64,000 nucleotides of DNA from Chthoniobacterales bacterium (GTDB lineage: Bacteria; Verrucomicrobiota; Verrucomicrobiia; Chthoniobacterales; UBA10450). The stretch spans positions 306,134-370,133 of the forward strand of contig JBBRNP010000002.1 of NCBI GenBank assembly GCA_038230255.1, given 5' to 3'. Below, piece by piece: positions 18,827 through 28,383 of the stretch; the stretch's first letter is position 1, and every line of letters begins with the position of its first letter. Made by a program: the position numbers and the translations under genes. The notes beneath the pieces are model-generated. The model worked only from the letters and a program-made list of their open reading frames with translations. It was not told the origin of the DNA and ran no database searches.

Positions 18827-19432
18827 ATGCGAAAGACGGAATATCCGCCCGCGTTGCGGGATTTAGTGGCGCAACTTCGGCAAATGCCCGGAGTCGGTCC
18901 GCGGTCGGCCGAACGGATCGCGCTCTGGATGGTGCAGACACGCGGCGATCAGCCGGAGCAAATCGCGCGCGCCATCTCCGACACGCGACGCGGAATTCAT
19001 CCGTGCCAACTTTGCGGCTACTTCACGACCAACGAACTGTGCGACATTTGCTCGGATTCGTCGCGCGCGATTGAGTTGCTCTGCGTGGTGGAACAACCAA
19101 CCGATATTTTGCCGCTCGAAAAAACCGGAGCTTTTCGCGGACGCTATCATTCGTTAGGCGGGCGCATTTCGCCTTTGGATCACATCGGTCCGGAAGATTT
19201 GCGTATCAAGGAGCTGTTTGATCGCATCGAAAAAGAAAAATTCACCGAAATCATTTTCGCGCTGGCTTCTGATGTCGAAGGCGAGGCGACCACGAATTAC
19301 CTGGTCGATCTTTTGAAAGGCAAACCGGTCGCGCTCACTCGCATTGCGCGCGGTTTATCTGCCGGCGCGAGTTTGGAATCGGCCGACGAATTGACGCTGC
19401 AGCAAGCGCTCTCCGGGCGCACAAAATTGTAG
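18827..19432 (+). CDS. recR: Recombination protein RecR
   Basis: HhH motif (LPGVGPRSAERIA), C4 zinc finger (CQLCGYFTTNELCDIC) and a Toprim domain. Confidence 0.95.
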   Translation: MRKTEYPPALRDLVAQLRQMPGVGPRSAERIALWMVQTRGDQPEQIARAISDTRRGIHPCQLCGYFTTNELCDICSDSSRAIELLCVVEQPTDILPLEKTGAFRGRYHSLGGRISPLDHIGPEDLRIKELFDRIEKEKFTEIIFALASDVEGEATTNYLVDLLKGKPVALTRIARGLSAGASLESADELTLQQALSGRTKL

Positions 19433-19480
19433 CTGCCGGTCCGAGCCGGACTGGCATTGTCTCTGGGCGCCAGAACGAAT

Positions 19481-19504
19481 GATGCCGCTGAGGACAGCGG
19501 CATC
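19481..19504. terminator. Hairpin between convergent recR and mscS
   Basis: GATGCCGCTG-AGGA-CAGCGGCATC is a perfect 10-bp stem. A T-run (GTGTTTTTGTG) lies about 15 nt downstream on the + strand. Confidence 0.4.
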
Positions 19505-19531
19505 TACAACGCCAGTGTTTTTGTGTTGCGT

Positions 19532-20587
19532 TTAGCGCGCGTCGCCCTTCGGAAACATGACCTTTTCTGGCGCAGCGTTGAGGGCGGCGAGTAGTTTTGG
19601 GATCAATCGGCTTTTAACGGGTCCCGCCTCGCGGGGCGCCACCAAATAGCGCACGATCGCATCGATCCAAGTCATTTCGTCGACCCGAAAGATGACGCGC
19701 GGATGTGCGCGCACTTCGAGTTCGTCGACCGGGGTGCGAGCCAACAAATCGCGGTAAACCGAAACGCGTTCCATCATTTCCTTCCCGATTTCTTCGGTGA
19801 CGATCCGCTGCATCGTCTCGGCCACGAATTTCAAATCGCTCTGATATGCGACCTGAAATCGAATTTCATTCCAGATGTAGGGGAAGAGCGGCCAGGAATA
19901 GTTCCAGATAATCTCATCGAGCACTTTTTCGTTGGGGAATCGGATAACGCGGCCGCTCGGGTGATCGCCCGAAATGTACTGACCGCCAAATTCCCAGAGG
20001 GTGGTGTCGAGATATCCGACGTCGATGACGTCTCCGGTGGCATCCCCGATTTTAATTCGATCGCCGACCCGGAAAGGTCGCCGCACCAAAATGTAAATCC
20101 AGGCGATGAAACTTTTCATCGGTGTCTGCACAGCTAGACCGACAATGATCGAGCCGATGCCGAGCGCGGTGAGGGCGCCGTACCAATTCACGAACACGAC
20201 CGAGACGACGATGACCGCGATCAACAGTCCTGCCACCAGAAGAAGAATCCGTCGAAGCGTGTAGCGTGTGACCGTGTCCTCAATCCGCCCGATCGCGTAA
20301 ACCCGGACCGCCTTCGCGGTCGCGAGCACGATAACAACGAGCGCGAAACCGCGGAGAAAGCGTCGGCCCAGATCCACCTCCGATTGAATGAGCGGAAGTA
20401 GTTTGGTGCCGATGACGTAGTAGAGGACGGCGCAACCGAGCAGCAGCAGAGCGTGAGTAAAGAACCAGAACTTGTCGGTCGTTGCGACTTTGACTTTCTT
20501 GGCCGGTATTTTATCTCCGGTGCGCTCGAGTTCCTCACGGACCTCCGGCTTCTTGGCAATTTCCTCGGCGGTTTCGGTCTCAGGCAT
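19532..20587 (-). CDS. Mechanosensitive ion channel (MscS family)
   Basis: TM helices followed by an MscS beta domain (FRVGDRIKIGDATGDVIDVGYLDTTLWE). I chose the start at ATG 20587 (MPETETAEE...). The upstream ORF extension looks non-coding and overlaps the next gene. Confidence 0.85.
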   Translation of the reverse strand: MPETETAEEIAKKPEVREELERTGDKIPAKKVKVATTDKFWFFTHALLLLGCAVLYYVIGTKLLPLIQSEVDLGRRFLRGFALVVIVLATAKAVRVYAIGRIEDTVTRYTLRRILLLVAGLLIAVIVVSVVFVNWYGALTALGIGSIIVGLAVQTPMKSFIAWIYILVRRPFRVGDRIKIGDATGDVIDVGYLDTTLWEFGGQYISGDHPSGRVIRFPNEKVLDEIIWNYSWPLFPYIWNEIRFQVAYQSDLKFVAETMQRIVTEEIGKEMMERVSVYRDLLARTPVDELEVRAHPRVIFRVDEMTWIDAIVRYLVAPREAGPVKSRLIPKLLAALNAAPEKVMFPKGDAR

Positions 20588-20628
20588 CAATATTGAATCG
20601 CATGCGGTTACCAAAATGAGCGCAAGCA

Positions 20629-20640
20629 ATTGTCGATCTT
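20629..20640 (+). repeat. Iterated word copy ATTGTCGATCTT (intergenic)
   Basis: Exact 12-mer between the mscS start (20587) and the debranching-enzyme stop (20691). Confidence 0.9.
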
Positions 20641-20690
20641 GCGGTTGCGCAGCCTCACTTCCGCGGCCGCCACGGCCGCCACTACACTCG

Positions 20691-22754
20691 TTAGGCTGTC
20701 TTGGACCAGGCGCGCAAAACCTCCGCCACACTCCATGCTTGTGCGATGCAGCCGCCAGCAAAGTGCGGCTCGCTCGCGTCAAAAACTTCACTGATCGTGC
20801 CGATGCCATTGTCGCTGAGATGGACCGGGAAGGTCTCAAGAAATTTGCGACCGGCGGCTCGATCGAGAGGATGAACTTTCAGCCAAGAATCGATGAACGG
20901 CCCAATAAGCCAGGCCCAAACCGTGCCCTGATGATATGCGCCGTCGCGCGAACGCAAATCGCCGGAATAAATCGGTTTGTAATCGGGACTGTCCGGCGAA
21001 AGCGTCCGCAGACCTACCGGCGTGACCAGTTTTTGTTCCACGATTTCAACAACGGATTTCCAGTGTTTTGCATCCAGCACCGGGTGATCGAGGGAAATAG
21101 CGAAGAGTTGGTTTGGCCGGCAAGAAGGATCGCAATCGGAACCACCGTCAACATCGACAACGTCGTAGAGATAACCGCCCTCTGAATACCAGAATAGATT
21201 ATTAAACGAAACGCGTGCGCGTTCGGCGTGTTGTTCGTAGGTTTGCGCGGAAGCGTCGTCACCATTTTCGCGTAACCAATTCGCGAGGACGCATAGCGCG
21301 TTGTACCAAAGCGCGTTGATTTCCACCGCCTTGCCCCGGCGCGGTGTCACCACCCAGTCCCCCATCTTGGCGTCCATCCAGGTAAGTTGATAACCTTCCT
21401 CGCCTTGGACGAGGAGACCGTCGTTTGGATCAACATGAATGTTGAACCGCGTCCCGCGCAAATGATGTTCGACGATGTCGATCAACGTCGGGAGAAGGAG
21501 CTGCAATGTTGTGCGATCGGCCGTTTTCTCGAAATACCGGTTCAGGGCATGAAAGAACCAAAGCGTTGCGTCGGCGGTGTTGTATCTGCCTTCCTTTGCG
21601 CCATCGGGAAACATGTTCGGAATCAGACCGTCTCGAACGTAATGCGCGAACGTGCGCAGAATGTAACCGGCCTCGAGCAATCTCCCCGTGATCAAGGTCA
21701 GGCCTTCGAGGCTAATCATCGTGTCGCGTCCCCAGTCGGTGAACCAGTGATAGCCGGCAATAACGGTGCGGACTTCGTCGCCGGCGGCATGCGCGCGGGC
21801 GGCTTCTTCGAACCGGCCCGCTGGCGTGATGACAAATTGGTCGGTGGCAAAAACCAGCTCCGCCGGAAAACTTTGACGCACCTTTGGGATCGCGCCGTAA
21901 AGCAAGCGGGCGCGGCGCTCGCGCTCGGCCGCGAGAACATCTTCGGGGCCCAGAACGTCGACGATATCCCACGGCTCGGTTGAGCCAACTAACGTCGCCG
22001 TGCTTTGCTCAGTCAGATCAACACGAAAGAAGCCCGGACTCCAAAGTTCGCCTTCGAAAGAATAACCACGCTGCTGCTCAATCCGATAAACGACTTGAGG
22101 AATTTTCGCTGGAGCGATGGTGAACGCAGCTTCCTTGCCGTGCAGCTGCATGCGAAGCGGCGGTAGCTTTCGGCGCGCTGCTGCGATTTCGTAACGACCA
22201 TCAACAGTCGTGAGTTTGTAAGGCGCGGCCAGGTCCGAATCGACCGGCGCTTCATGATGCCGAAAATGAAACGCAGGACGCAACTCGAGTCGCGGTGGCT
22301 TTCCTTTCGAGATCACTTGGTAGCTGACATGAACCGTGTTCTGTAGATGAGGCAGCAACACACGTTTCTCGACCACGACATCGCGAACATGATAAGTCCA
22401 AACCGGAAGCCCATCTTCGAGACGGAACTCAGTTAAAAAGTCAGCGCCTTTCAAATCGAGCTGTCCGCCGGCGCGCTCTTCCGCGCCGAGCGAAACGACG
22501 TCATCCTCACTGAAGCGGAGAAATTCAGATACGTGATTCCACATCACGATCCGCCCGAGCGGAGCCGGCAGCGCCGCGATAAGCAATCCATGATAGCGAC
22601 GCGTCACTGCGCCGGAAACGGTACCGGACGCATATCCGCCGAGTCCGTTGGAAACGAGCCATTCGCGAGTTAGCAAAAGCTCACGGGACATTTGCTTTCC
22701 GTCCCATGGCATCGAGCGGATGACGGACCCGATTGTTTCAAATTGCTTGTTCAT
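20691..22754 (-). CDS. Glycogen debranching enzyme (amylo-alpha-1,6-glucosidase, GDE_N plus GDE_C type)
   Basis: 687 aa. N-terminal REWLVSNGLGGYASGT and C-terminal (alpha/alpha)6 motifs (GYHWFTDWGRDTMISL, AQAWS) are typical of bacterial/archaeal GDE. Confidence 0.85.
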   Translation of the reverse strand: MNKQFETIGSVIRSMPWDGKQMSRELLLTREWLVSNGLGGYASGTVSGAVTRRYHGLLIAALPAPLGRIVMWNHVSEFLRFSEDDVVSLGAEERAGGQLDLKGADFLTEFRLEDGLPVWTYHVRDVVVEKRVLLPHLQNTVHVSYQVISKGKPPRLELRPAFHFRHHEAPVDSDLAAPYKLTTVDGRYEIAAARRKLPPLRMQLHGKEAAFTIAPAKIPQVVYRIEQQRGYSFEGELWSPGFFRVDLTEQSTATLVGSTEPWDIVDVLGPEDVLAAERERRARLLYGAIPKVRQSFPAELVFATDQFVITPAGRFEEAARAHAAGDEVRTVIAGYHWFTDWGRDTMISLEGLTLITGRLLEAGYILRTFAHYVRDGLIPNMFPDGAKEGRYNTADATLWFFHALNRYFEKTADRTTLQLLLPTLIDIVEHHLRGTRFNIHVDPNDGLLVQGEEGYQLTWMDAKMGDWVVTPRRGKAVEINALWYNALCVLANWLRENGDDASAQTYEQHAERARVSFNNLFWYSEGGYLYDVVDVDGGSDCDPSCRPNQLFAISLDHPVLDAKHWKSVVEIVEQKLVTPVGLRTLSPDSPDYKPIYSGDLRSRDGAYHQGTVWAWLIGPFIDSWLKVHPLDRAAGRKFLETFPVHLSDNGIGTISEVFDASEPHFAGGCIAQAWSVAEVLRAWSKTA

Positions 22755-22781
22755 GGTGCTCGCGGTCGAGCGAAAATTTGA

Positions 22782-24713
22782 TCATCCGAACTTCCTTCGC
22801 GCCGGCTGCTTCCGCGGCTCTTTCTCGGGCACCAAACGCAACGCCACGGTCGCTTCCGCCGGTATGGTCCATTTGTCTTGCGTTGCCACGGTCGCGGTTC
22901 CGGATCCGCCGTAGCGCGCCGATTCGCTCGACCAAACAGTTTCCCATTCCAAACCCAGTGGTGGTGCGAGCAATGGCTCGGGAATCGGGTTCAGTTCGCG
23001 GTTTTCGCCGAAGTTGACCACCAGAAGTCGATCGTCCCGGTTGTCTTCGCTGAAGTAACGCAGGAGGAAACTGGCCGGACCGAGGACCGCCCCGTCCACG
23101 CCATTTGTTTTTTGTTCGCGAAAACGCGAGTCTTCGCGCCGCAGCCGCAAAAGGTCGCCATGAAGATCGTAAAGCTCCTGGTTTTTTTGGCGCTCGCTAA
23201 AATCAAGCTTGCAGTTAACAAACGATGCCGGGTCGGAAGGTACCGGTAAACGCTCCTGCACTTCCTTCGTGGCCAGGGAAGGGAACTGCGACAGAAATGC
23301 GAAGCGCCCTTTGCGAATTCCCTCGCGCATCTGACCATCGCCCACGTCGGTGAAAAAGATAAATGGAGTGGAGGCGCCGAATTCCTGGCCTTGAAAAAGC
23401 AGCGGTGTCCAGGGACCGAGCAGGAGCAGCCCAGTCATGGCGCGATAACGACCGGGTGAGCTTTGAAATCGCAGGCGCTCGCCCGCCACGGTATTTGAAA
23501 CTTGATCGTGGTTCTCAATGAAGGCGACAAACGCGTGAGGGGGAAAACCGAAAGCCGGTGTGCCGCGCGGTGCTTCCTGCCAGAAATAGGGTTGTCCTTG
23601 AAACAAATAACCGTACTTGGCTGCGGAAATAAATTCCTGCGGCGTGCCGAGAAAATCGCTGTAGTAGGCTTCGCGTTTCCCGGTCAGCGCGACGACAGCG
23701 CTGTGATGGAAATCATCGTTCCAAACCGCGTCGAGATCGTCGCCGTTTTCGCTGCGGGGACGGATGAGCTTGGTCACCTGCCGCTCATTCTCGGCGATCA
23801 AAATAATATCCCGCGGTTGGGCGGCCTTACGGGCGGCCCGACCAACTGCGCCGATGATGTATTCGTCCGATTTATCATGGATCGCATCGGTAGCGTCGAA
23901 GCGGAAGCCGTCGAAGCGGAATTCGTCAATCCAGTAACGGCCATTGGTGATGTAAAATTCGCGGACCGGCCTTGAGTTTGGCCCATCGAAATTAATTGAA
24001 TCGCCCCAGTCGGTTTCCTGCTCGCGGATGAGGTAATCGTCCGAATAAATCGCAAGATAATTTCCGTCCGGGCCGAAATGATTGTAGACGACGTCGAGAA
24101 TAACAGCCAGGCCGAACGAGTGCGCGCGATCCACGAAGGCGCGCAAATCATCCGGCGTTCCGTAGAGATGAAATGGCGCGAAAAGATTAACTCCATCGTA
24201 GCCCCAGCCGAAATTTCCCGGGAAATCGGCGATCGGCATCATCTCAACGACGGTGACGCCGATCCTGGCCAGCTCCTCGAGTTGTTCGGACGCGGCCTGC
24301 CACGTTCCTTCTTTGGTGAAGGTGCCAACGTGCATTTCGTAAATGATTTGGCCCTTCATTGTCACGCCGCGCCATTTTGAATCCGTCCATTTGAACTGTG
24401 TTGGATCGACAACGCATGAGGATCCGTGCGGGCCGTGCGGTTGAAATCGCGAGGCGGGATCGGGATAAAAATGCTCGGCCTTGTCTACGCGAAAACGGTA
24501 GAGCGCTCCGGCCCCAACATCCGCACTCCCGCAAAAATAACCGCCCTCTTCGCGCTCCAGGGGATGAAACGTCCGCTTCGCGTCTTTCTTAGCGCTTTCT
24601 TCCAGAACAAGATCGACATCCTGGGCTTTCGGAGCCCAAATGCGAAAATGCGTCCGGTTTGGGCCGATTAATTCGGCCCCGATCGGATATCGGCGAGAAG
24701 TCGGGCGCTTCAT
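22782..24713 (-). CDS. treZ: Malto-oligosyltrehalose trehalohydrolase (GH13)
   Basis: N-terminal FRIWAPKAQDVDLV, then GH13 regions VILDVVYNHFGPDGNY, GFRFDA, IAEN and NHDQ. Confidence 0.85.
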   Translation of the reverse strand: MKRPTSRRYPIGAELIGPNRTHFRIWAPKAQDVDLVLEESAKKDAKRTFHPLEREEGGYFCGSADVGAGALYRFRVDKAEHFYPDPASRFQPHGPHGSSCVVDPTQFKWTDSKWRGVTMKGQIIYEMHVGTFTKEGTWQAASEQLEELARIGVTVVEMMPIADFPGNFGWGYDGVNLFAPFHLYGTPDDLRAFVDRAHSFGLAVILDVVYNHFGPDGNYLAIYSDDYLIREQETDWGDSINFDGPNSRPVREFYITNGRYWIDEFRFDGFRFDATDAIHDKSDEYIIGAVGRAARKAAQPRDIILIAENERQVTKLIRPRSENGDDLDAVWNDDFHHSAVVALTGKREAYYSDFLGTPQEFISAAKYGYLFQGQPYFWQEAPRGTPAFGFPPHAFVAFIENHDQVSNTVAGERLRFQSSPGRYRAMTGLLLLGPWTPLLFQGQEFGASTPFIFFTDVGDGQMREGIRKGRFAFLSQFPSLATKEVQERLPVPSDPASFVNCKLDFSERQKNQELYDLHGDLLRLRREDSRFREQKTNGVDGAVLGPASFLLRYFSEDNRDDRLLVVNFGENRELNPIPEPLLAPPLGLEWETVWSSESARYGGSGTATVATQDKWTIPAEATVALRLVPEKEPRKQPARRKFG

Positions 24714-24789
24714 GCGGCAACCCTACACAAAATGCGCCGATGCGCAGTGAGAGCTTGATCAATATTTGTGAGCCGATCACATCGGCGCA

Positions 24790-25215
24790 CTAATGAGCTG
24801 CGCCCTGATTTGTGTCCGGAGTGACCGTCACCACCTTCTCAGGAACAATTTCTAATCGCACCCGGCTGAAACCTTCCTCAATCATGCCGAGTTTCTCGGC
24901 GGCTTCCCGGCAGATGTCGATCTTGGCCCGTTTGTTGGTGATGCCACGGTCGGTGATTCGGACAATGACGCTTTTTCCATTCGAAAGCCGAGTCACGCGA
25001 ACCAGCGTGCCGAGCGGGAGCCGGTTATGCGCGGCAGTCAATTCCGCGAGTTTGGCACGGCGGCGCGCGAGCGAATTGGGCGGAACGTTGTACCAAACTG
25101 CATAAACCACTTCCGGAATTGGGGGTTTTGTTTTCGGAGAGCTGGGCTCGGTCACTGGCGCATTAGCCGCGAACATCTCCAGGTAACAGGGCAAAATAAA
25201 CGCTGCCAATAGCAT
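24790..25215 (-). CDS. RlpA-like double-psi beta-barrel lipoprotein
   Basis: DPBB core (TAAHNRLPLGTLVRVTRLSNGKSVIVRITDRG...IDICREAAEKLG). I chose the start at the internal M preceding the signal-like segment. The ORF extends to 25317. Confidence 0.7.
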   Translation of the reverse strand: MLLAAFILPCYLEMFAANAPVTEPSSPKTKPPIPEVVYAVWYNVPPNSLARRRAKLAELTAAHNRLPLGTLVRVTRLSNGKSVIVRITDRGITNKRAKIDICREAAEKLGMIEEGFSRVRLEIVPEKVVTVTPDTNQGAAH

Positions 25216-25262
25216 CAGGCGCCGGGCTATTTTGATTGTTACTGCGATAGTAAGCGGCGCTT

Positions 25263-27495
25263 TCACATTGAAAATTGAAGTTGCGCGGTAGTGTGATATT
25301 CGGCTTCCGCGGACCACTCGCTGCTTTCGGTTAAGACTTCGCGGATTCGTTGGAGCAGGCTCTGCGGACTAAACGGTTTTTGGAGTAATTGCACATTTTC
25401 CGTGAGCACGCCGTGCTCGCCGATGTCGTCAACAGAATAACCGGAAACATAAAGCACTTTGATCTCGGGCCGTGAAAGTGAAAGCCGGCTGGCCAATTCG
25501 GGTCCATTCATTTGCGGCATGACAACGTCGGTCACGAGCAGATCGATGATTTTCTGGTAATCATCAGCCATCGCGACTGCGGCCGGTCCGTCTTCGGCGC
25601 AGAGAACGACGTAACCGTTTTCCTCGAGAACATCGCAAACCAGCTGGCGAACGATCTCGTCGTCTTCTACCACCAGCACCGTTTCGGAGTTAGTGCCGAT
25701 AGGCGGCTCAATCGCAATGGTCTTAACCTGATCGACCGGACGACGCTCATGCGGAAGATAAATCCGAAACGTTGTTCCGCGTCCGAGTTCGGTGTCGACT
25801 AAAATGGCACCGCCGGTTTGCTTAACGATACCGTAGACAGTTGCCAGTCCCAGCCCGGTCCCTTTGCCGGGGCCCTTGGTCGTAAAAAACGGCTCGAAGA
25901 TTCGCGCTTTTGTTTCGTCGTCCATTCCGGTGCCGGTGTCCTCGACCGTGAGCACAACATAATCACCGGCGCGGAGCGACCTGGAGATCCGTCTCGCATT
26001 TTTCCCGTCCAAACGTTCGCGACTTGTGCGGATTGTGAGTACGCCGCCGTTGGGCATCGCGTCGCGCCCGTTCACACCCAAATTGAGGATGACCTGCTCA
26101 AGCTGCGAAGGATCGGCCCGGACGCGGCCGTCGGCGGCATCGGGCTCGGTGCGAACTTCGAAATGTTCGCCGATCACGCGGTGCAGCAAAGCCTGCACAT
26201 CGATGACCAGCGTGTTCAGGTCGATCACTTTGGGCTGAAGCAACTGCTTGCGACTGAACGCGAGCAACTGGCGGGTCAAACATGCTGCCTGTTCGCCGGC
26301 TTTGCGAATGAGCGCGCTATTTTGTTGGATTCAATGGATCGTGCTGCGAGCGTTTGATGTTCAACTCGGCGTAACCAATGATGGCGGTGAGAAGATTGTT
26401 AAAATCGTGCGCCACCCCGCCGGCCAATCTTCCGACCGCCTCCATTTTTTGCGAATGTCGAAGCTCGTCTTCCTTGATTCGCAGCGCTTCTTCGGTCGCG
26501 CGCCGCTCGTCTATCTCACGGATCAAATTATCGCGTTGGGCAAAGAAACTGCGGACCGTTCGGGCCAGTTCGCCGAACTCGGAATTGTCCTGGCACAATG
26601 TTTCGATCGGCTTGGGATCATTTCGTTTCAGACTTTCCATGATCGTTTTGAGAGGGCGACGGACCCAGCGAACCAACGAGCTGGAAATCAGGAGCAGAAG
26701 CAGCAACGCAAAAATGACAATCGACAGCATCAACGCTTCACTTTCGCGTTCCAGTTCCTGGACCACCTGCGACGTATTTCGGATGATCAGGCGGGCCACA
26801 GGCGTTCCGTCCCAGTTTTCCAAAACGCGCTCGAACGAAACGGAATCGGGCTGATCGCGACGTGAACTTTGCGCTAGCTTCTCAGTCAATGGAGCGACGC
26901 TGATTTCGTTGCCGGTAAAGATCGACATCTCCGACAAGGTCGGTTGGTTCCACAAGCGGCCGGCAAAGAGATAACCGCGTGCCCTACTCTTCCGTTGAAA
27001 ATCTTTGGAAGGATGAACTGTGCCGCCACGGAGTTCCATCAGTCCCTGCGGGAGTTGAACAAAAAAATGCCGCAAGGGTTCGGCCGCGAAAATGCGAGGA
27101 ATTTGCTCGCTCGCAATCGGAAGCGCCGCAGGACTCGGCGTGTTCAGGTTACTGTGATAATAGAACAGGGTCCCGTCGGGACGATAAATCCAAATCGCGT
27201 TTGCGTGATATGCGCCGAGGGCGGCATCGTTCAAATTTTCATTACACCATTGATAATCGCCGTTCGAAAGCGCCTGGACGATGCGATCCAAACAGGTCGA
27301 GTCCTCGACCAGAGTTTGGAGCGGCTCGCCATTTCGCTCCAAAAATTCGTCGAATGAGTGGTTACGTTCGGCAAAGCGTTGCTGCGCGATCCGCTGGAAC
27401 TTGAATCGGTCGTAGGTGCGAAAAGCAAGTGCGCCGGCGACGAAGGCCGTAATGACCAACGCCAGTAGCAGCGTAATCTTTGTCTGTACCCTCAT
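25263..27495 (-). pseudogene. Hybrid sensor histidine kinase (TM sensor, HisKA, HATPase_c, REC) interrupted by a 1-nt frameshift near 26317..26324
   Basis: ORF 26317..27495 ends just after the H-box ([19 protein letters not shown]...DPLNPTK*). ORF 25263..26279 continues with LTRQLLAFSRKQ, the HATPase N/G boxes and a receiver domain. The 37-nt gap is not a multiple of 3, and the alternative frame reads [14 protein letters not shown] across it. Confidence 0.75.
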
Positions 27496-27581
27496 AGGTA
27501 GGTTCCCAATCCCTTCAGCTGAACCCCTGGGCCGACCTCAGGTTTCGCAATTTGTTAGGCCCGGGGGAGCCGCTCTACCTA

Positions 27582-28382
27582 TTAGTCGTGCAAACGCTGC
27601 TCGTTAATCGTTATAATTTTAAGATTCTCTTGGTTGAGACGGATTACCCACAAATTACGTGTTTTTCCATTGGCCGCATGTTTGCCATTCGCCACGCTGA
27701 ACGTGATCGTGAATTCCACCTGGGTTTCGTTTCCTTTGTCAGACGGCACGAATTTTACCGGTTCGATCAAAGTATATTTCCGCTTTGGCCAGCGTTTGAT
27801 GTAGTTGCGCGTGTCCTTCGTCACAAATTCGCGGCTGGCCTGGCCGTGGTCGAAATACTGCACCGGAAATGCATAATAGCTGACTTGAAGATCGACATCG
27901 TCGCTTTCGGCGTCGCGCAAATAATCGCGGACAAACTTCGTTATCTGTTCCGCGTGTTCCTGCTCCGGTTTGGTCAGGAATTCAGCTGGTGGAGCAACCG
28001 GACTTGATACCGGGGCCGCGTCGTCTTCGGTAGCGGATCGCAATTTTGCCTCGTCCGGTTCGGCCAGGTCGCGGGCGATGTCGCTTTTCAGGACTGGCAG
28101 ATCGGGCAACGGCTGCGGAGTGTTCTTGTTCGATGCTGCAATTTGGATTTTGAGCGAGCTGGCGGTCTCTTGATCCAATTCACCAGTGGGATTGAATCCT
28201 TTTCGGGCTTGAAATCGCTTCAGCCCGTCAGCCAATTCCGGGTTGGTCTGGCCATTGATGTCCCCGAAGTAAAGATTGCGCTTACGTAACTCTTCCTGCG
28301 CCCGCCGCGTGGGCTCGTCGGCGCGAGCGGATTGAGCGATGAGCGATAAGAACAAAACCAATAATAACGAATAAGAACGCAT
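27582..28382 (-). CDS. Secreted protein with a peptidoglycan-binding-like (PG_binding_1) domain and an unknown C-terminal domain
   Basis: Signal peptide MRSYSLLLVLFLSLIAQSARA, then LRKRNLYFGDINGQTNPELADGLKRFQARKGFNPTGELDQET. The start at 28382 lies 1 nt after the upstream stop. Confidence 0.6.
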   Translation of the reverse strand: MRSYSLLLVLFLSLIAQSARADEPTRRAQEELRKRNLYFGDINGQTNPELADGLKRFQARKGFNPTGELDQETASSLKIQIAASNKNTPQPLPDLPVLKSDIARDLAEPDEAKLRSATEDDAAPVSSPVAPPAEFLTKPEQEHAEQITKFVRDYLRDAESDDVDLQVSYYAFPVQYFDHGQASREFVTKDTRNYIKRWPKRKYTLIEPVKFVPSDKGNETQVEFTITFSVANGKHAANGKTRNLWVIRLNQENLKIITINEQRLHD

Positions 28383-28383
28383 G

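Noticed and set aside
20472-21185. 237-aa plus-strand ORF, and the N-terminal 84-aa extension of the MscS ORF
   Set aside because: Both cross the mscS / debranching-enzyme junction with implausible composition. The internal ATG at 20587 gives a sensible MscS N-terminus.
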